Positions 1 through 13,804 are shown, counted from the stretch's first letter. The stretch is DNA of 64,000 nt from Tubiluchus corallicola (GCA_030141605.1 JAQGDQ010000152.1:124001-188000); one strand, 5' to 3'. Numbers and translations are program-made. Notes: generated from the letters alone by a model not told the origin.

Positions 1-216
1 TAGCAAACTATTAGTCTTTATGAAGAACGTTGCCCAAATTGTGCAATCTTTGCACTGTTACAGATGTGCATGTGCATCAAATGCAAAATGTAAATCGAAT
101 CTGTAGAAATTTATTTCTCGTCTTTTTTGTTGCGATTTGGGCAAGATGGCTTTCGGTAGCATCAGAGTTTACCAAATTCTGCATTTCTGTTTTATGCTAA
201 CTTTATTTCTTTCTAG

Positions 217-267
217 GACAAAATGGACTGTTTTGTTCCTACGCATTTCTTTGGATGGTGGCTAAAG
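217..267 (+). CDS. PTDSS2: PTDSS2 internal exon (DKMDCFVPTHFFGWWLK)
   Basis: ttctag acceptor, gtgagg donor, 51 nt, phase 0-0. Confidence 0.9.
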
Positions 268-457
268 GTGAGGGAACGCAAAAGATTTCACATGGTTTAA
301 TGTGATTGTTTCTTTTATGCCAGGCAGTGTGATAGTAAAGCTGTGGCATGTTGTTTGCATATGACGTCAGGAAAATGGCAGAAAGTCTTTCCAGAATGTT
401 CCTCACACGCCGGGTTTAGAATCCCTGGGTCTCCGTTCAACGTACATAGTAGATTCC

Positions 458-1083
458 TTAAACGAAGACAGGATGGTTTTACATATACTACCCCATTTTC
501 AAGTCCGATAAAAAATATACATTTTAACATAATTAATACTGCAAAAGCATTTCCGATAATTTAATAATAGATAAAAAGTTAATTAATGGCGGGCGAGCCT
601 AACTATTGATGACATCACAAACTAACATAATTTTCAACAGCAAAAATATTCCACGAGCGTGTTGCACGTGTTTGCAAAAGCGAAAATTGAAGTACAGTGT
701 TACTGTAACATATTCAGTGTGTTGTACTAAAACTAGGCAAGTTCTAAGATAAGAATTCAATTTTAAAATTTACTACTGTGCTCACGCATAAGTTGTCGAA
801 CATGTGTAGTTCGTGACAACCTCACCCAATTGAACTGAGAGGTAAAGCACCTATTTTTTGTACAATGCATTTCCGAAATGTAGGCGATAGTGCCCGTCTA
901 ACTAGCGAATGGCGAAATGCTTGTAACAGCGAAGAACTAGTGGTGCGAATGTGAAATTGTGTTTGTGTGGTAATAATTCTTTCACGTAAGTCATCCTTGA
1001 AAAAATTGTACGTTTCTTTTGAATATTTTAAGTAGCAGATTGTTTTGACTTACAGTTCAAGATTGGGTCCGGTTTTGCTTTAA
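458..1083. mobile_element. Non-autonomous TTAA-flanked DNA transposon (Kolobok/T2-like MITE), family A, copy 1
   Basis: TTAA at both ends; imperfect TIRs (ttaaacgaagacagga ... tccggttttgctttaa); colinear with the copy at 53893-54514. Confidence 0.75.
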
Positions 1084-1576
1084 GATTGCTAATTAGTGGC
1101 AATAACTTGCTTAGTAAGCTTCTGTTTATTAAATCACTTGGTGGTAAGATGCAGCATGGTACTATGAATGCCCTGACCACCAATAGTTAAATTTTGCCCA
1201 AACTTTACTTTTTGTGAAAATAGGAGAGCTAATATCCATCATTTGTACATCAGTCAAGTGTAGTTATGAAGTAAACATAATAAGTTGTCCTGCAGTGGTT
1301 GTTCTAGCTTACAGCCTGAGAAATGAAATACGAGAGAAAAGTTATTAATCTATTATGTTAATTAATGCCAGTTCATTTAATAACTAATTCGCAGAGCTTA
1401 TTGCAGTTATAGTTTAATTAAAACAAGTCTTCTGATGCCTCTGTAAAAAAATTTTAACATATTAAATTATTAATGTAGTTTTGACTGTCAATATAAAGTT
1501 CAAATATTTTGCTTGTGTTTTTTTATTATGCTAATTTATCTAACATACATGCTGAATAGTGGTTAGGCTAATGTTT

Positions 1577-1708
1577 ACAATTCCCCACACAAGAAATTAA
1601 TTCTTTAAGCGGATTAGGATTAAGATTAGGATTAGGGTTAGGCTTCAGGTTAGTGTTAGTGTTAGGGCTAGAGTTAGGGTTAGGTTATTTAAATTGTGTA
1701 GGGAATGT
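1577..1708. repeat. Degenerate (TTAGGG)n tract between 12-bp inverted repeats
   Basis: About 12 ttagg(g/a/t)-like units at 1611-1686; ttccccacacaa (1581-1592) versus ttgtgtagggaa (1694-1705), 11/12 inverted match. Confidence 0.6.
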
Positions 1709-1902
1709 ATACTCCTTCCAACGGTTATACCTTCATGATCTGCATAATATGCCATACAGTAAAAAAGTCACTGTGTTGTTTATTACAAAATCCTGTTGAT
1801 TTGGTGTGAAGAAATAGAAAACTCTATATTGTTCACTGCAGATAATACTAGTCTGTGTTATTACTGTTATCATATTTGAGTGAGATTTTTTTTTCATTGC
1901 AG

Positions 1903-2016
1903 ACGCTAGTCTTGCGTGACTACTGGCTATGTATGGTTATTAGCATTATGTTTGAAGTGCTGGAGTATACTCTAGAGCATCAACTGCCAAACTTCAGCGA
2001 ATGTTGGTGGGACCAC
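1903..2016 (+). CDS. PTDSS2: PTDSS2 internal exon ([38 protein letters not shown])
   Basis: ttgcag acceptor, gtaagt donor; carries the PSS family signature ELEY/LPNFxECWWD. Confidence 0.95.
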
Positions 2017-2269
2017 GTAAGTGTGTACAGCAGAATATGCTAAAACTTTATTTACGAGGGTATTTTAGCAGAAAGTTTAATGCGGAAGATTTAAAACTGC
2101 ACTCAGCTGCTATAGTTGAGTGGTCAATGTATGGACTTGCAAACCAAATATATATGCTCACCAAAGTTTAACAACACAAGTATCGTTAGTAAATAGATTG
2201 ATAAATGGGTGAGCATGAAAGCCACTTCTTGAAGGTTTTATCTACAGTACCTTGAAATTTTTCTTTTTC

Positions 2270-2710
2270 TTTCTTTATTTTATTTTAAACATAATTTTAT
2301 TAACCGGTTCGTACCAGAAAGTAATATCAATTTATGCTCGGGTACTCCCCGCTTAATAAGTTTAGCTACTGTTAGTAGTAATACATAGATATATATATAT
2401 AAACAATATTTACAAAGTTATTATAGTTACCTAATGTGAATAGCTATTAAAGCAAATGATGAATATTTAAATATTTAGTCTGTGCACTAAACATATTTAT
2501 CACTAATTAAACATGAATCTTCACTATATAAATCAATCAATTCATTATTTAAAACATCTCGATGCAGTTAGAAACTTCTGTACGAAATCAAATATTTTGC
2601 AATTATCTTGATAACTTAGATTTTCATCTCCGTGGAGTAGCAAATTTATAATATTTCTGACTGTCAAATTTTTAATGTTATTGTTACTATATAAAGCATT
2701 ATGTCGTGAA
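2270..2710 (-). mobile_element. CR1-type LINE 3' end remnant
   Basis: Minus strand reads INLLLHGDENLSYQDNCKIFDFVQKFLTASRCF, resembling invertebrate CR1 ORF2 C-termini (LLxGxxxLSxxxNxxIFxxVxxFIxxSxRF), followed by an A-rich tail; boundaries approximate. Confidence 0.55.
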
Positions 2711-3228
2711 CTGATTCACGAGTTTGTTTGTGAACTTTATAAACTTTAGCAACGTTTACAATTTTACAGCAAGTTAGACTACAGTGAATCATTTTCTCAC
2801 CTGACTGGTTTCTGATATGCATTACCCAAAGTTAAACCAGTTTCTACTGATTTAAGCTTTTACAGTTTTAATCTAGTGGTCACAACGTAGTGTACAGAAA
2901 AGACAGTCAATAATAAAGTGTTTGTGCCACTAAAGGAGTTTGGTTTGTTGCTACATTTATTGACAATAGCCTTTTTCACACATTAAGCTTGTTAAACATA
3001 TTATTTCTTGGTATTATATAGTTTGAACAATTTAGAAAAAAATGTTTATACATTTCAAGAGAAGCAGTACAAGAACAATAAGGTGATACTAGAGAATCAT
3101 CATTATTTTTACACTTTTTCTTAAAAAGTAGTTGTGCGTTATTGATATGTTACGGTTTTGTTGTATGCTTTTAATTTTTACTGTACTTTATGGTGATTGT
3201 AGATGTATTATTGATTTTTTGTTCGCAG

Positions 3229-3347
3229 TGGATCTTGGATGCATTAGTATGCAATGGTGCTGGTATTTACTTTGGCATGAAAACACTGAATTACCTGAAA
3301 ATGAAGCCATATCACTGGAGAGGAATGTGGAACATACCAACATACAA
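3229..3347 (+). CDS. PTDSS2: PTDSS2 internal exon ([20 protein letters not shown]...WNIPTY)
   Basis: tcgcag acceptor, gtaagt donor, phase 0-2; DxLxCNG motif. Confidence 0.93.
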
Positions 3348-4884
3348 GTAAGTAAGACATTGGGTAATTTCCCGTTGAAAATTCCCGGGAAATGTCCTCG
3401 CTTTTCATTGAACTTTTGATCCAGATGCAATGAGCTTGCAAAGGATGTTTGACCTTTAGTCTATGAGGCAAAAGGAATAGCTGTAATGTCTTGCTCTATT
3501 TTTGCCAAAAAAAGCAAAGCAACACTGACCCTGGTCTGCAAATGATTGGGTGACTGCCAGGAAAACAGATTCTAAGTGGTTTCATCTGTTCCCTACTATT
3601 TCTGTCCTTGAGGAAAGGTGTATATGCTTTTCAAATTCGCTAAGACGCGCCTGCCTTTTGAGTGTCTGATTACTCTTGATGTTTAATTAGGTTCTCGTCC
3701 TGACACAATCATTTACATTAAGTAGTTTTTGCTTCCGGCTTGCAGAACATGGAACTGCATTAGAAAAGAATCAGTTAAATAGATTGTAATGCTTTCGTCC
3801 TCTGCTAAACATGTATCTTTTTTGCAATATCTATTGAAAAATAACCCAAATAACCACATTAGATAGGAAAGTTACAAACCTGAAACTTACAACGTGAATA
3901 AAAAAAGCCTTGTTGCTCTTTCTTGTAATTTAGTTTTGTTTTTTGTCGTGGGACGGTAACCATCGTAGAAACATTGACATTACTGGTATCTGGTAGTATG
4001 ATGTATTAGTTATTTGTGGAAAAAACATAATGCCAAATTGTAAATGGCCCTCACATTTGCCTTAAGTCTCTGTACCTTGGTGGGTTTTCACTTTCGAAAA
4101 ATTTTGAAGTAAGAATTGCAGTGTGAACTTGACAGCAAATGCAAAATAACTTAATTTTTAGCATACAACAACTCTCATTTTTCCTCCAGCTGACTGTTGT
4201 TCTCCGAATTTTATATTATAATCGCTGTACTAATTAATTCTAGTTTGACATCTTTGGCTATGAATATCCGTTTTTTGATTGGAAACTGTTGACTGCTTAA
4301 GTAAATCTTGTCTGTCTGTGATATTATTTCATTAAACTGTGTAGTGTATTATTGTTCATATTCCACAAAAATTGACTTCTTTGTAAAAAATGAAAGTTTT
4401 TGTTTGAAACATCAGACTCTCAGTTAACATTTTTAACCACAGTGTAATATTGCTTTGTTTTATATAAGGCATCATTATAGGAGCTAGGCGTATGATGTAA
4501 CGTATAATAAAATATTTTTATAACAGCATCATAAAGTGCATCCGCTGGGTGCGACTGTTTGCATGCATGCGATTTTGTAGCAGACACTTTATTGCCTTAT
4601 TGGTAATGAATAATAACGTCCATTCAACGAAGCTTATGTCGTTCAATTGCAACATATTAAATTATGCAGGTTGCTAACAGCATCTTGAACTAAAAAGTCG
4701 GTCTCTGGTTACACTGTAGTACTTTATTCTATTCAGTTTTATTTTCTTAATGCATGCTGTTCTATAAACCACGTAACTATGTGCATAACATGTATGCAAA
4801 ACTGCATCTTGTTTCTATTTTATGTATGACATTTTACTTTTACAATCATTTGAGCATCTTAATTTCTACCGTCATTTTTGGGTA

Positions 4885-5570
4885 CAGTAAATCCTCGTTT
4901 AGCGACGCTAATGCGTTCCAGCAAAACACAATGTTAAGCGAAGCCTAGACTTCCATAGAAGGTAATGTAAAAGAACTGAGAGCCGTTTCAGAGGCAAAAA
5001 TCAATGCTGCATAAATCATTAAACGTTTCATGGGTTGTCTTCGTATTTCTACTGATTAATTTCTTTCAGCTTTCCTGAAACCACCTGTAATATTGTTACT
5101 TAATCTTTACCTAGCTATAGCAGTGTCTTTTTCGTTAACTTTTAAGCCTGTGCAGCGATTAAGCAATAAACGCTGGATTGTCAAAGCCAAGCCCTGTACG
5201 ACCTTGGGAATTTTTACTAGATACTTCCACTGGTTGCTGTAGCAACAGGTTGCACGCATAAAGTTTGCTCACAGATCTCACTTGATATAAACGGATAATG
5301 TTTAGTAGTCAGTTGGGAAGCAAAAACATACATAATAATTACACTGTTTACATTACTACCGTATTTTTAGAACAGAATAATGCAATTTGTACTCTTTTAA
5401 TGCATCAAGTTAGATAAATAAGTTGTTGATAAAATAAAAATTTGCCTTGAGCAAAGTAAAAATCGTCGTTAAACTGAAACATGCGTCATTGAGTGAAAAA
5501 AGGGCCAAAAAGTCGGCGTCGTTAAAACGAAATGACGCTAAATGAGGAGTCGTTAAGCGAGGACTTACTG
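4885..5570. mobile_element. Tc1/mariner-pogo (Tigger-like) MITE, full-length copy
   Basis: TA-flanked; TIRs CAGTAAATCCTCGTTTAGCGAC ... GTCGTTAAGCGAGGACTTACTG; partial inverted copy at 28053-28300. Confidence 0.8.
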
Positions 5571-6937
5571 TACTTGACTTTTTTAAATAGATTTGAAAGT
5601 AGTTTTAGCTTCACCTGGTAATTTGTATTACTTTTATAGTTAAAACAATGATTTGACTTGCATATTTGTCACCTAGAGAATCAGAGTAGGTAGTTTCCGT
5701 TTCATGGCATCCTTGTCATGCCTTGATCTTTATACATCCTTGTCTTAATTTTTGCACGACTGCACCTGATTTTTACAATAACAAATTCTGGTGGTGAATG
5801 TCCAATGGAACCATATTCTTTGAAAGTTTGAAGCTGTATGTAAGACTCTTGAATAAAAAAAATCAATAATTAATGGCATTGATTCTGGGCTAAAATTTGC
5901 TACCTCACTTTGCTGTTTTGTTTTCATAATCTACAGTGTGGAGTATATTGTATTTTGTATGATGAACTATATGGTGTATGTTGCATTTTGCTACGTGGTG
6001 GCAGCAACTATTCAAGTGAATTCTGGTGTTGGCTAGCTCTCGTAAAACTAATGGCCACTCTACATGAGATTTTAACACAACATATTCACAAAAGATTACT
6101 GCATTTTTGTAACCACATTGACATAATATTGCTTATGGTAAAAATACCTGAATCTGAGTACGACTTTCAACTTTCAATGGAGTAGCAAAGTGTTGCATAA
6201 TTCAGTGCTTTTGATATTTTCAAGTATTTAAAACCCTGTTGGCCATTTTCAAAATGAGGCTAACATGGTTGTTTTATTAGCAGGTTGTTCAAGATTCGGG
6301 CAATAGAAATCCTTCTAAAAATGTACCTTGTTTTCAATTGATTTTCTAGTAAAAATCTGCTACTATTTTATAGTATGCTAAGCTTTAACTAAGTTTAGAG
6401 CAACATCACAATCTGCAGTACCCTGTGTATTTATTTAAGGATTTAGTAGTTATATTTGTGGCATGATGAATGCTGAGTGGTCGTAGCGTGTGCTTTTGTT
6501 GCATAAGTTAAGCAACTGCAAGCCTGTTCTTAGTTAATACATGAATGAATTAATTGCGGGGAAACTACTTACAGATTAGTTCATCAAACACACTGCCTTT
6601 AACTGTTTAATTGAGGAATCATGTATGAATACGTTCATCAGTACATGACTTAAAGAAACCTCACTTCTTTGTGTCAGTTTAAAGGATTATACGTGAAAAT
6701 TGACTAGGCATTAATTGGATGAATACTTCAAGTTTTTGACTAGCGGTGGACAATGTGTGATGGTAACTTGCAAGTAATACATTTTAATCATTAATACGAT
6801 AACAACTTTCAGGCAATTAAAACCTTTTTATGGCGTAAACAGTATAATATTTTTTTCGTTATTCTATAGTGTTATAAGTGTGCTTTTATAATATTTATTA
6901 TTGGCGACTGTTAATAATATTTTCTCTTTTTGTGTAG

Positions 6938-7052
6938 AGGTAAACTGAAACGAATTGTCCAACAGTTTAGTCCATACAGTTGGATGGAATTTGACTGGCG
7001 GCCGACGGCGAGCTTAACGAGGTGGATTTTAATGTTAGGAGTCATATTTATG
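6938..7052 (+). CDS. PTDSS2: PTDSS2 internal exon (GKLKRIVQQFSPYSWMEFDWRPTASLTRWILMLGVIFM)
   Basis: gtgtag acceptor, gtaggt donor, phase 2-0; QFxPxSW motif. Confidence 0.93.
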
Positions 7053-7170
7053 GTAGGTTATTCTAAAAATAAACCTTTTCATCCATTCAATTGTTGCCTA
7101 ACATTCCTTATAGGAGATTGACTATTTACTGGCATGTTATCGTTCCTTTGAAACCCTGGTGAGGAGTTAG

Positions 7171-7510
7171 TAAAAAAACCATTTTTTTAATTTATTGTAA
7201 CAATCGTAATCTTAAGAGCCTGCACAGCTTTATACTGAGACCAGAATTCTGCTTTGTCAGCATTAAAACATGTTGTTGTTTGGTAAAATGCAAAAAATCA
7301 ATAATAAACAAGTGAGTTCCAGTTCATATTGATTAAAAAACCAATTTTTTAAGTTGTTGCAATGATCGTAATCTCTATATATTTCTTTGATAAAGTTCTA
7401 GCGCAACTTTATACTAAACCCCAGAATTTTGCTTTGTTAGCATTAAAAAATGTTGTTGTTGTTTGCTGGAATACGAAAAATCAATAATAAACAAGTGAGT
7501 TCAGTTCATT
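7171..7510. repeat. Diverged direct duplication, about 163-177 bp x2
   Basis: taaaaaaacc...ccagaatt.tgcttt...aataataaacaagtgagtt occurs from 7171 and again from 7334. Confidence 0.75.
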
Positions 7511-8164
7511 TTGTGGCACGTAAGTTCACGATTGTTAATAACTGAGAGTGTGTTAACTTTCAGGTGATGAGGTAGTAACACAACTTGTTTTTAAATGTTT
7601 GCTGCATGCTTTCAACTTCATTGGCCCTTAGTAGATGAATTCTGATGCTGAAAATGTGCTTGAGTCGAAATGTTTGTCTGGCCACTTAACATTCCCTGTA
7701 CAAATTCATTATTCTGAGTTTAAAGACTACGTGTTTAGTACGACTTTCATAGAGAGAGTTTGCCATCTATTTATCAATCAGACATGACCTGTTCTCCATG
7801 AGCACGAATAACACAACCAGGTGGTTGGCAGCAATGGTGTATGAATATTGCTGGGGTGTTTGGGTCATTTATCTTTTTAGACAAAAATTAAAGTTAGGAG
7901 ATAGTCACCTCTAAGTCGCCTCTGTTGGCTCAGTGGTTCATTTTAGGGACTGGATTTGATTATAAGATAGGTTCCACTTTTGCCACCACCACCCATGATA
8001 AGTAAGCTCTGCCACTGAGTGCTGGATTCCAGCTTACAAAGTACCAATAATCAGTATGAAAATCCTATATGTGATGAAATAGCAACTTTGTCTTTAGTGT
8101 CAAAAGACTGCTTTTGAATTCTAATAACCAGACACACTTTGCATTATGTGTTTTGTTTCCGTAG

Positions 8165-8310
8165 TTTTTGTTGGCTGAGATCAACACTTTCTATCTCAAG
8201 TACGTTCTATGGATTCCACCTCCGCATTTCATTAACATCATCCGGCTTGGATTCTTCATGCTAGCCGGAGCCGTCAGTATGAGAGAGACCTTTCAGTATT
8301 TGGACGATCC
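8165..8310 (+). CDS. PTDSS2: PTDSS2 internal exon (FLLAEINTFYLKYVLWIPPPH...MRETFQYLDDP)
   Basis: ccgtag acceptor, gtaagt donor, phase 0-2; ExNTFxLK motif. Confidence 0.93.
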
Positions 8311-9049
8311 GTAAGTATTTATGTAATTCTGGTGACAGACGTAAAAGCTTTTGAGATACGTTTGCAGTTTGAAAAATTTCATACATGTATTTATTTGTAT
8401 TTATAACCGTTTATGGTTTTTTTACAAGTGTCGCAAGTGAGCCTTATGGTAGTCAACAAAGCATTAGCTGAGTAGTTTTTAAACACAAATCTTGTCTATA
8501 AGCTTTTTAGCAAAGCAAACAGACAAACTCGGATATTTTTATACACTTGCAGAAAATTGCTGCTTTATTTCATTTACTCTCATTGCTGGTCATTAGTCAA
8601 TCAGTCATTTGCCTGTTAGATCTAATTTTTAAACTGGCTACTGAATAACAGCCATATATATACATATATAGCCTAACAGGCAATAGATTAATTTTTATCA
8701 CGTCTCTAACCAAAGCATTGTTTGTTGAATGAGAGTGATTCATATGCTATTTCAAAAGAAAGTACCCGTATATATAAGTCACAGGGTAAAGGAAATATGG
8801 TTGACGACTTATTACGGGTTCACAGAGGTTTAGTGTTTGCAACAAGCTAGTACCAAACAAAAGCTGTGCTGCTGAACATGTCATGCATGCGGAATTTGTT
8901 TCGTTTTTGTGCTTTATAAATATCATTCATTCACTTATTTATTTAAAGTAAAGGAAGTTGCTTAATCATTGCATCTGACAGCACGACAAAACGTCTCCGT
9001 GCAGAAGTTTAGTACACTTATTAACACTTGGACATTTTATAACATTTAG

Positions 9050-9434
9050 TGAGTGCAAGCAGTTTGGTCGCCAGTCGTGGCTCGTTGCCGCCATCATCAT
9101 CACCGAATTACTCGTTGTCATCAAATTTGACTGGGAAACGGTGACGAAGCCATTGCCGACGCACATGCAGGTGTTTTGGACTTGTGCAATAACTTCTCTT
9201 GTGGGCTACACGATCTGGAAGTTCTTCATAGTCAACGACCACAAAGACTCGGTTGTGCTCATTCATACGGACGATGAAGATGATAGTGGCAGTACCGACA
9301 TCCGTGCGCAGGGAACGCTGAACAGAGAACTTCGCACACAGGGTACGCTTAGTAGAGAACTTCGCCCTAAGGGGGCGCTGAATAAGGAACGAGTTGCGTA
9401 TGCTACAAACTCCGTTTCTCCGTCCGTAATTTAA
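9050..9434 (+). CDS. PTDSS2: PTDSS2 terminal coding exon (ECKQFGRQSWLVAAIIITELLVVIKFD...SPSVI*)
   Basis: atttag acceptor in phase 2; continues into the ORF-track frame 9141-9434; ends at TAA. Confidence 0.9.
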
Positions 9435-11654
9435 TGCACACTCTGACACACGCTACTTTTTTTTATTGTAAAATGTTTAGTTCTGTGTTATTTAAAAGTG
9501 CCGAGATTTTTTATTCAAGTCCCCCATTTGAAATTCAACGGATTTTTAGACTCGGTTAGTTTAATTGTTGCGTGTTTGATGATTTATTGATTAGTTGATT
9601 GATTGATTTCAGTATTCAATGTTTTGTAACATTTAATTAGCAACAAATGTCTGTGATTGATGAAAATTTTTTTAGCTTTTAGACCGCATACTATTGTTTA
9701 CATAAGTGCCTACATTTATATTTTTGTTGGTTATTTATATTTTTCTAATCCAGTAGTATTGTACTTTGAATTTACAAAGATTATATTTTTGAATTAACTT
9801 TGCCAGTCACTTCAATGGCAACTGCTTGCTTTCTAATGCATTTATCATTCACCAGCAGGAGTACCACAAGGTGCAGTGCTTTAGCCATTTTTATTAAATT
9901 TGTATAAAAAGTTTATTAGCTGTTAATGTCTTGAGTATTGCTAACGCTAAGAGCTGTATGAGTTTGATTGATGACTTTTCCTTCCTATGTAATATGCAAT
10001 AGGTAGTAGTGCATGCAATTTCATAATTGGACTTTCTTGCCTACTTTTTATCATGCATTTTGTAGTTAGAATAGTAAGAATATCTTACAAAAGAGCATGC
10101 CATTAACACTATCTTATCTCAAATTTTTGGTATTTTGTTAGCTGTCATAGCTTTTATGAACGAAGATAGCTTTTAACTCTTTAGTTGTATTTTTAAACCA
10201 TCCTGCTTTCCTGTGCCAACTGTGTTTGTTATGTCCCTTGCCATATTTTAATTCTTAGTTTAAGTGTGTAACTGATGATAGGTAGCGTCACACTCTGTAG
10301 GCATATCACAAAAAAACAAACGTGTGCAACTGTGTTATGATGTTGTGATATCTGATGCATAAAAAGACCCGCCATATCAGTAGTCTCTTAGTACACGCGT
10401 GCATCACATGTTGGCAGCAAATGCCGTCCAAGAAGTTGATTTCCGTTTCACTGCTCTTCTCTTCTTCTTTTTGTGTGAAACTGTTGTATACATGAGCTAA
10501 ACTTTCTGCCCGGTATGCATATCATTTGTGCAAAGTTAATGTGCAACAAAAAGGCTCAATCTGTCAAGAAATTGGTGCACTAAGATGCACTTTTCTACTG
10601 AAAGCAATTTTTTATATGTTATACGCAACCTATTGCATTTTCTAACATCAAAATAATGTAGAAACTTATTCCAGTTAGTCATTACAACAGAATAATCTTT
10701 TCTTGCCAGTCACTGTCATTTCTGTGTACTAGAGTCGCATCTATTGTAGACGCTTAGCTCATGCGCTTTAATAATTTATTTAATGTCATTTGTTGTTAGA
10801 TATACAGATGGTGTTAGTATGTTTTTGTGTCTATGACCACTGTACCTCTAGCTACTGTGATGTTTTTGTCTACTAATGTAGAGTCTGTAATACAAGTACT
10901 TTTATGACTGACTGAGGTGACAATTCATTAAAGTTTTCGAATCAGAAAAGTCCTTAATAACTAATTAAATTTACCTATAAATGTGATGTACTTCATTTGA
11001 TAACATTACCTGTTGGCTGTACAATTCACTAGCCTCTAAGTCAGTTGACTGTTACGTTACACATTCTAATCTCAGATGCTTAGATACATAACTCGAGAAG
11101 CATGTGGGTGTCAGTAAAATTATATAAAGACTATAATATGTGCGTTTTTTTTCTTTGTCTTCAAATCTCAAAAATTTTCTCAATACTACAGTATTCAGCC
11201 ATTTTAATATTTATAAGAAAAAAATAAAGTTGCTCATAATTATGTGTACAATGATAAATGCCAGTATTAGTGGGTTGCGCTCATAGAATTTATAAAAGCT
11301 TTTGCTTTGTTAAGAAGTCCGCCATTGTGAAATATCTAAAATATTCAATTTAACAGCACAATTATATTGCAAATGCATGGAAACCTGCTGGCAGAAAAAG
11401 GAAATAGGAAACAAAGGCTCATTCAGAATTTAACGTGGCTATGACACCTTTGCCAGCATAGTGGTTCATCTTAGCATAACCTTGATAAAGAACAATGCCA
11501 CAAACATCAGTAAGTTAGTAAGTCTTGTAGTTGAGTGCTGGAGTTTTGTTGCAGTGTGCTGATTTGCATAAAAAGGTACAAAATGTTAATTATGTGAATG
11601 TTTATTTTATTAATAATAACTAGCCAAACCCCGCAAAAAGAATTTTGCACACAA

Positions 11655-11970
11655 ATGAACAACCCACACCACACAACCACCCGCTCACAAAACACCACAC
11701 CAACCCACCACTCCACTCACAACCCACATCATACCACCACACCACACCATTCACATCATAGCACACCACCACATTATCCACACCATATCACTCACACCAC
11801 ACCACCCAGACCAAACCACTTCACCCCTCCACACCATCCACAGCACAACACTCACATCATATGGTAATCTTGACATTGATGACTATGATGATAATAATGA
11901 CAACAAAACGCCCAACTGCACGTAAACCCACACCACACCAAACCTCGCAGCTCCCATCACATCACCCACA
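11655..11970. repeat. (CACCA/CACAC)-rich low-complexity tract
   Basis: Explains the spurious His/Thr/Pro-rich ORF 11598-11867. Confidence 0.7.
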
Positions 11971-13299
11971 ATATGCAGCTTTGTAAGTAAGGATTCCTGA
12001 AGTGGAACGTGCAACTATTTCCATTCTTGTAAGCTGTGGTCATCGTGTTTTTGAGTGACTATATCATATAGAACAGTTCCTCCTCTTTCTGAAAAGCTGT
12101 AGAATTCCTATAAGAACTCCAATAATTATTGTTGAAACGTTATTTTCTGCAACAGTGCTTATACTGCCAGAGGGAGTGCTCACCTTTTCTCAGGACTTGC
12201 AACGTGCTATATCTAAATGCAATCAACAAAATATGCATTTAGATCTAACCAGGTTTACACAACTCCCCCCCACCCCCACCCCCGTGGCTCACATGCACAA
12301 GCAATCAAAATTTTGTTTTTCTCACTGACTCTAAACAAAAAGAACAGTATATCACTAACCCATAAAAAATTAGTTTTCTACGATGGAGAATCGTGACCAT
12401 AGTATTTTTTTCTAAACATAGCACATCCTATGAAATTATTCAAGACAAGTCACCAATTTCTATGAAGAACTTACTTCAGCCAGCTATACAGCTTTTAATT
12501 TTGGTTTACCAAATAAAGTAAACATTACCAACAGAGCAGCCTGGCAACATCCAATAGTGTGCTGGATTGTGTGCTGATATTAATTATGCGAACTATTATT
12601 TTAATAATAATAGCAAAGATTGATAAACAAGAGAAGAGAAAGGAAATACAAAGGCGTTCAGCAGAGACACTTTTGATGCAAAAGTATGAAAATATAAACT
12701 GTAAAATAACCAGTCGCGGGATGTACTGTAACTATCGCACTTCTCAGCAAAACTAATAATGCATTTTTGGGTTTTGCCGTTTTTCATACATTTGCATCAC
12801 GTCTCTGCTGAACTCCTTTCTATTTCAGTTCTCTTCTCTTTTTCTCTATCTTCATCGATTATTTTATCTTTACTATTCCCTGTTTTTCTATAATTCTCTC
12901 TCTTGTTAATTTTACTTAAAAGTAGTTTTCCTCCACTTTTCAAGGTGGTCTTGCAAGCTTTGCTTCTTGACCAATATGCAGCATATATTTCCTGCTGATA
13001 AACTATTATGTAGTTAGTAACTATATTAATATAATTTTTTGCAATTAGTGTAATTACAATTGATTTGTTGTATAACAGTTACAATGTGATAATGTAATTA
13101 TGCTGAAGTAGATAATAAATTATGTCAATTACGTCAATTTGCAAACCAGTTAAAAGAGGAATAGAAAAAATTATTTCTGTTCATGCTTTACTCCCGAAAC
13201 TTCACTCCCTTAATGTTGCGCAGGCGGGTTTACTAGCAGTGTCTGCTGCACTGGGAAGTCTTTGGCGTAAAGAAATGGTGTGTTTATTTCGCCCCCTGC

Positions 13300-13370
13300 T
13301 TTTAGAGAGTTGATTGGCTCACACATTTCTCACGTGACCTTCCTGGGGACATCCGCCATCGCGTGTTCAA
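13300..13370 (+). promoter_or_regulatory. Candidate NFI proximal promoter
   Basis: Relatively GC-rich patch with a reverse CCAAT (gattggc), a USF-type E-box (tcacgtgac) and a YY1-like ccgccatc, about 450 bp upstream of the first candidate ATG; motif evidence only. Confidence 0.35.
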
Positions 13371-13804
13371 TGTCTTGTGAAATGTTGTGATCGTGCCAAA
13401 GCAAAAGTAAAATTAATGGAATCCGAGTATTATAATATAACTTACATGTTGTGGAGAGAAGGGCTTCATTATCTTGATATTCATCTGATACCTAGTTTCG
13501 CCGATTTATTATCAGTTTCGCATTAGTCTGTGATTTTGTAACGAAGCACTATTGGCCACATTTTCAGGCACGATTTAATATAAGTCTGTACTCGTAAAAT
13601 CGTATTATGAATCCTTATAAAATCGTGTGTGTAACAGCTCAAGGCAATTTTATTAGTATACTTTGGGAATGTAAACTTTGCACTGGTAGTGCAGAACTGT
13701 AGGCGCTTGTGAATTGCAATTACAAAATTATATGTGCAAACATAGCTCTTCATATACAAAATTAATGAAAATAAAAAACTGGAAAACACTTTGAAATCAG
13801 GAAA

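Larger units (their letters stand above)
217..9434 (+). other. PTDSS2: Phosphatidylserine synthase 2 gene, 3' part (5' exons lie outside the window); 6 coding exons
   Basis: Exons 217-267, 1903-2016, 3229-3347, 6938-7052, 8165-8310 and 9050-9434 join in frame through GT-AG introns. The peptide [25 protein letters not shown]...[32 protein letters not shown]... closely follows the remembered vertebrate PTDSS2 sequence. Confidence 0.93.

Noticed and set aside
2100-2150. tRNA-like fragments here and near 7925, 41860-41925 and 52575
   Set aside because: Isolated A-box or B-box-like pieces without a full cloverleaf; at most degenerate SINE heads, not tRNA genes.
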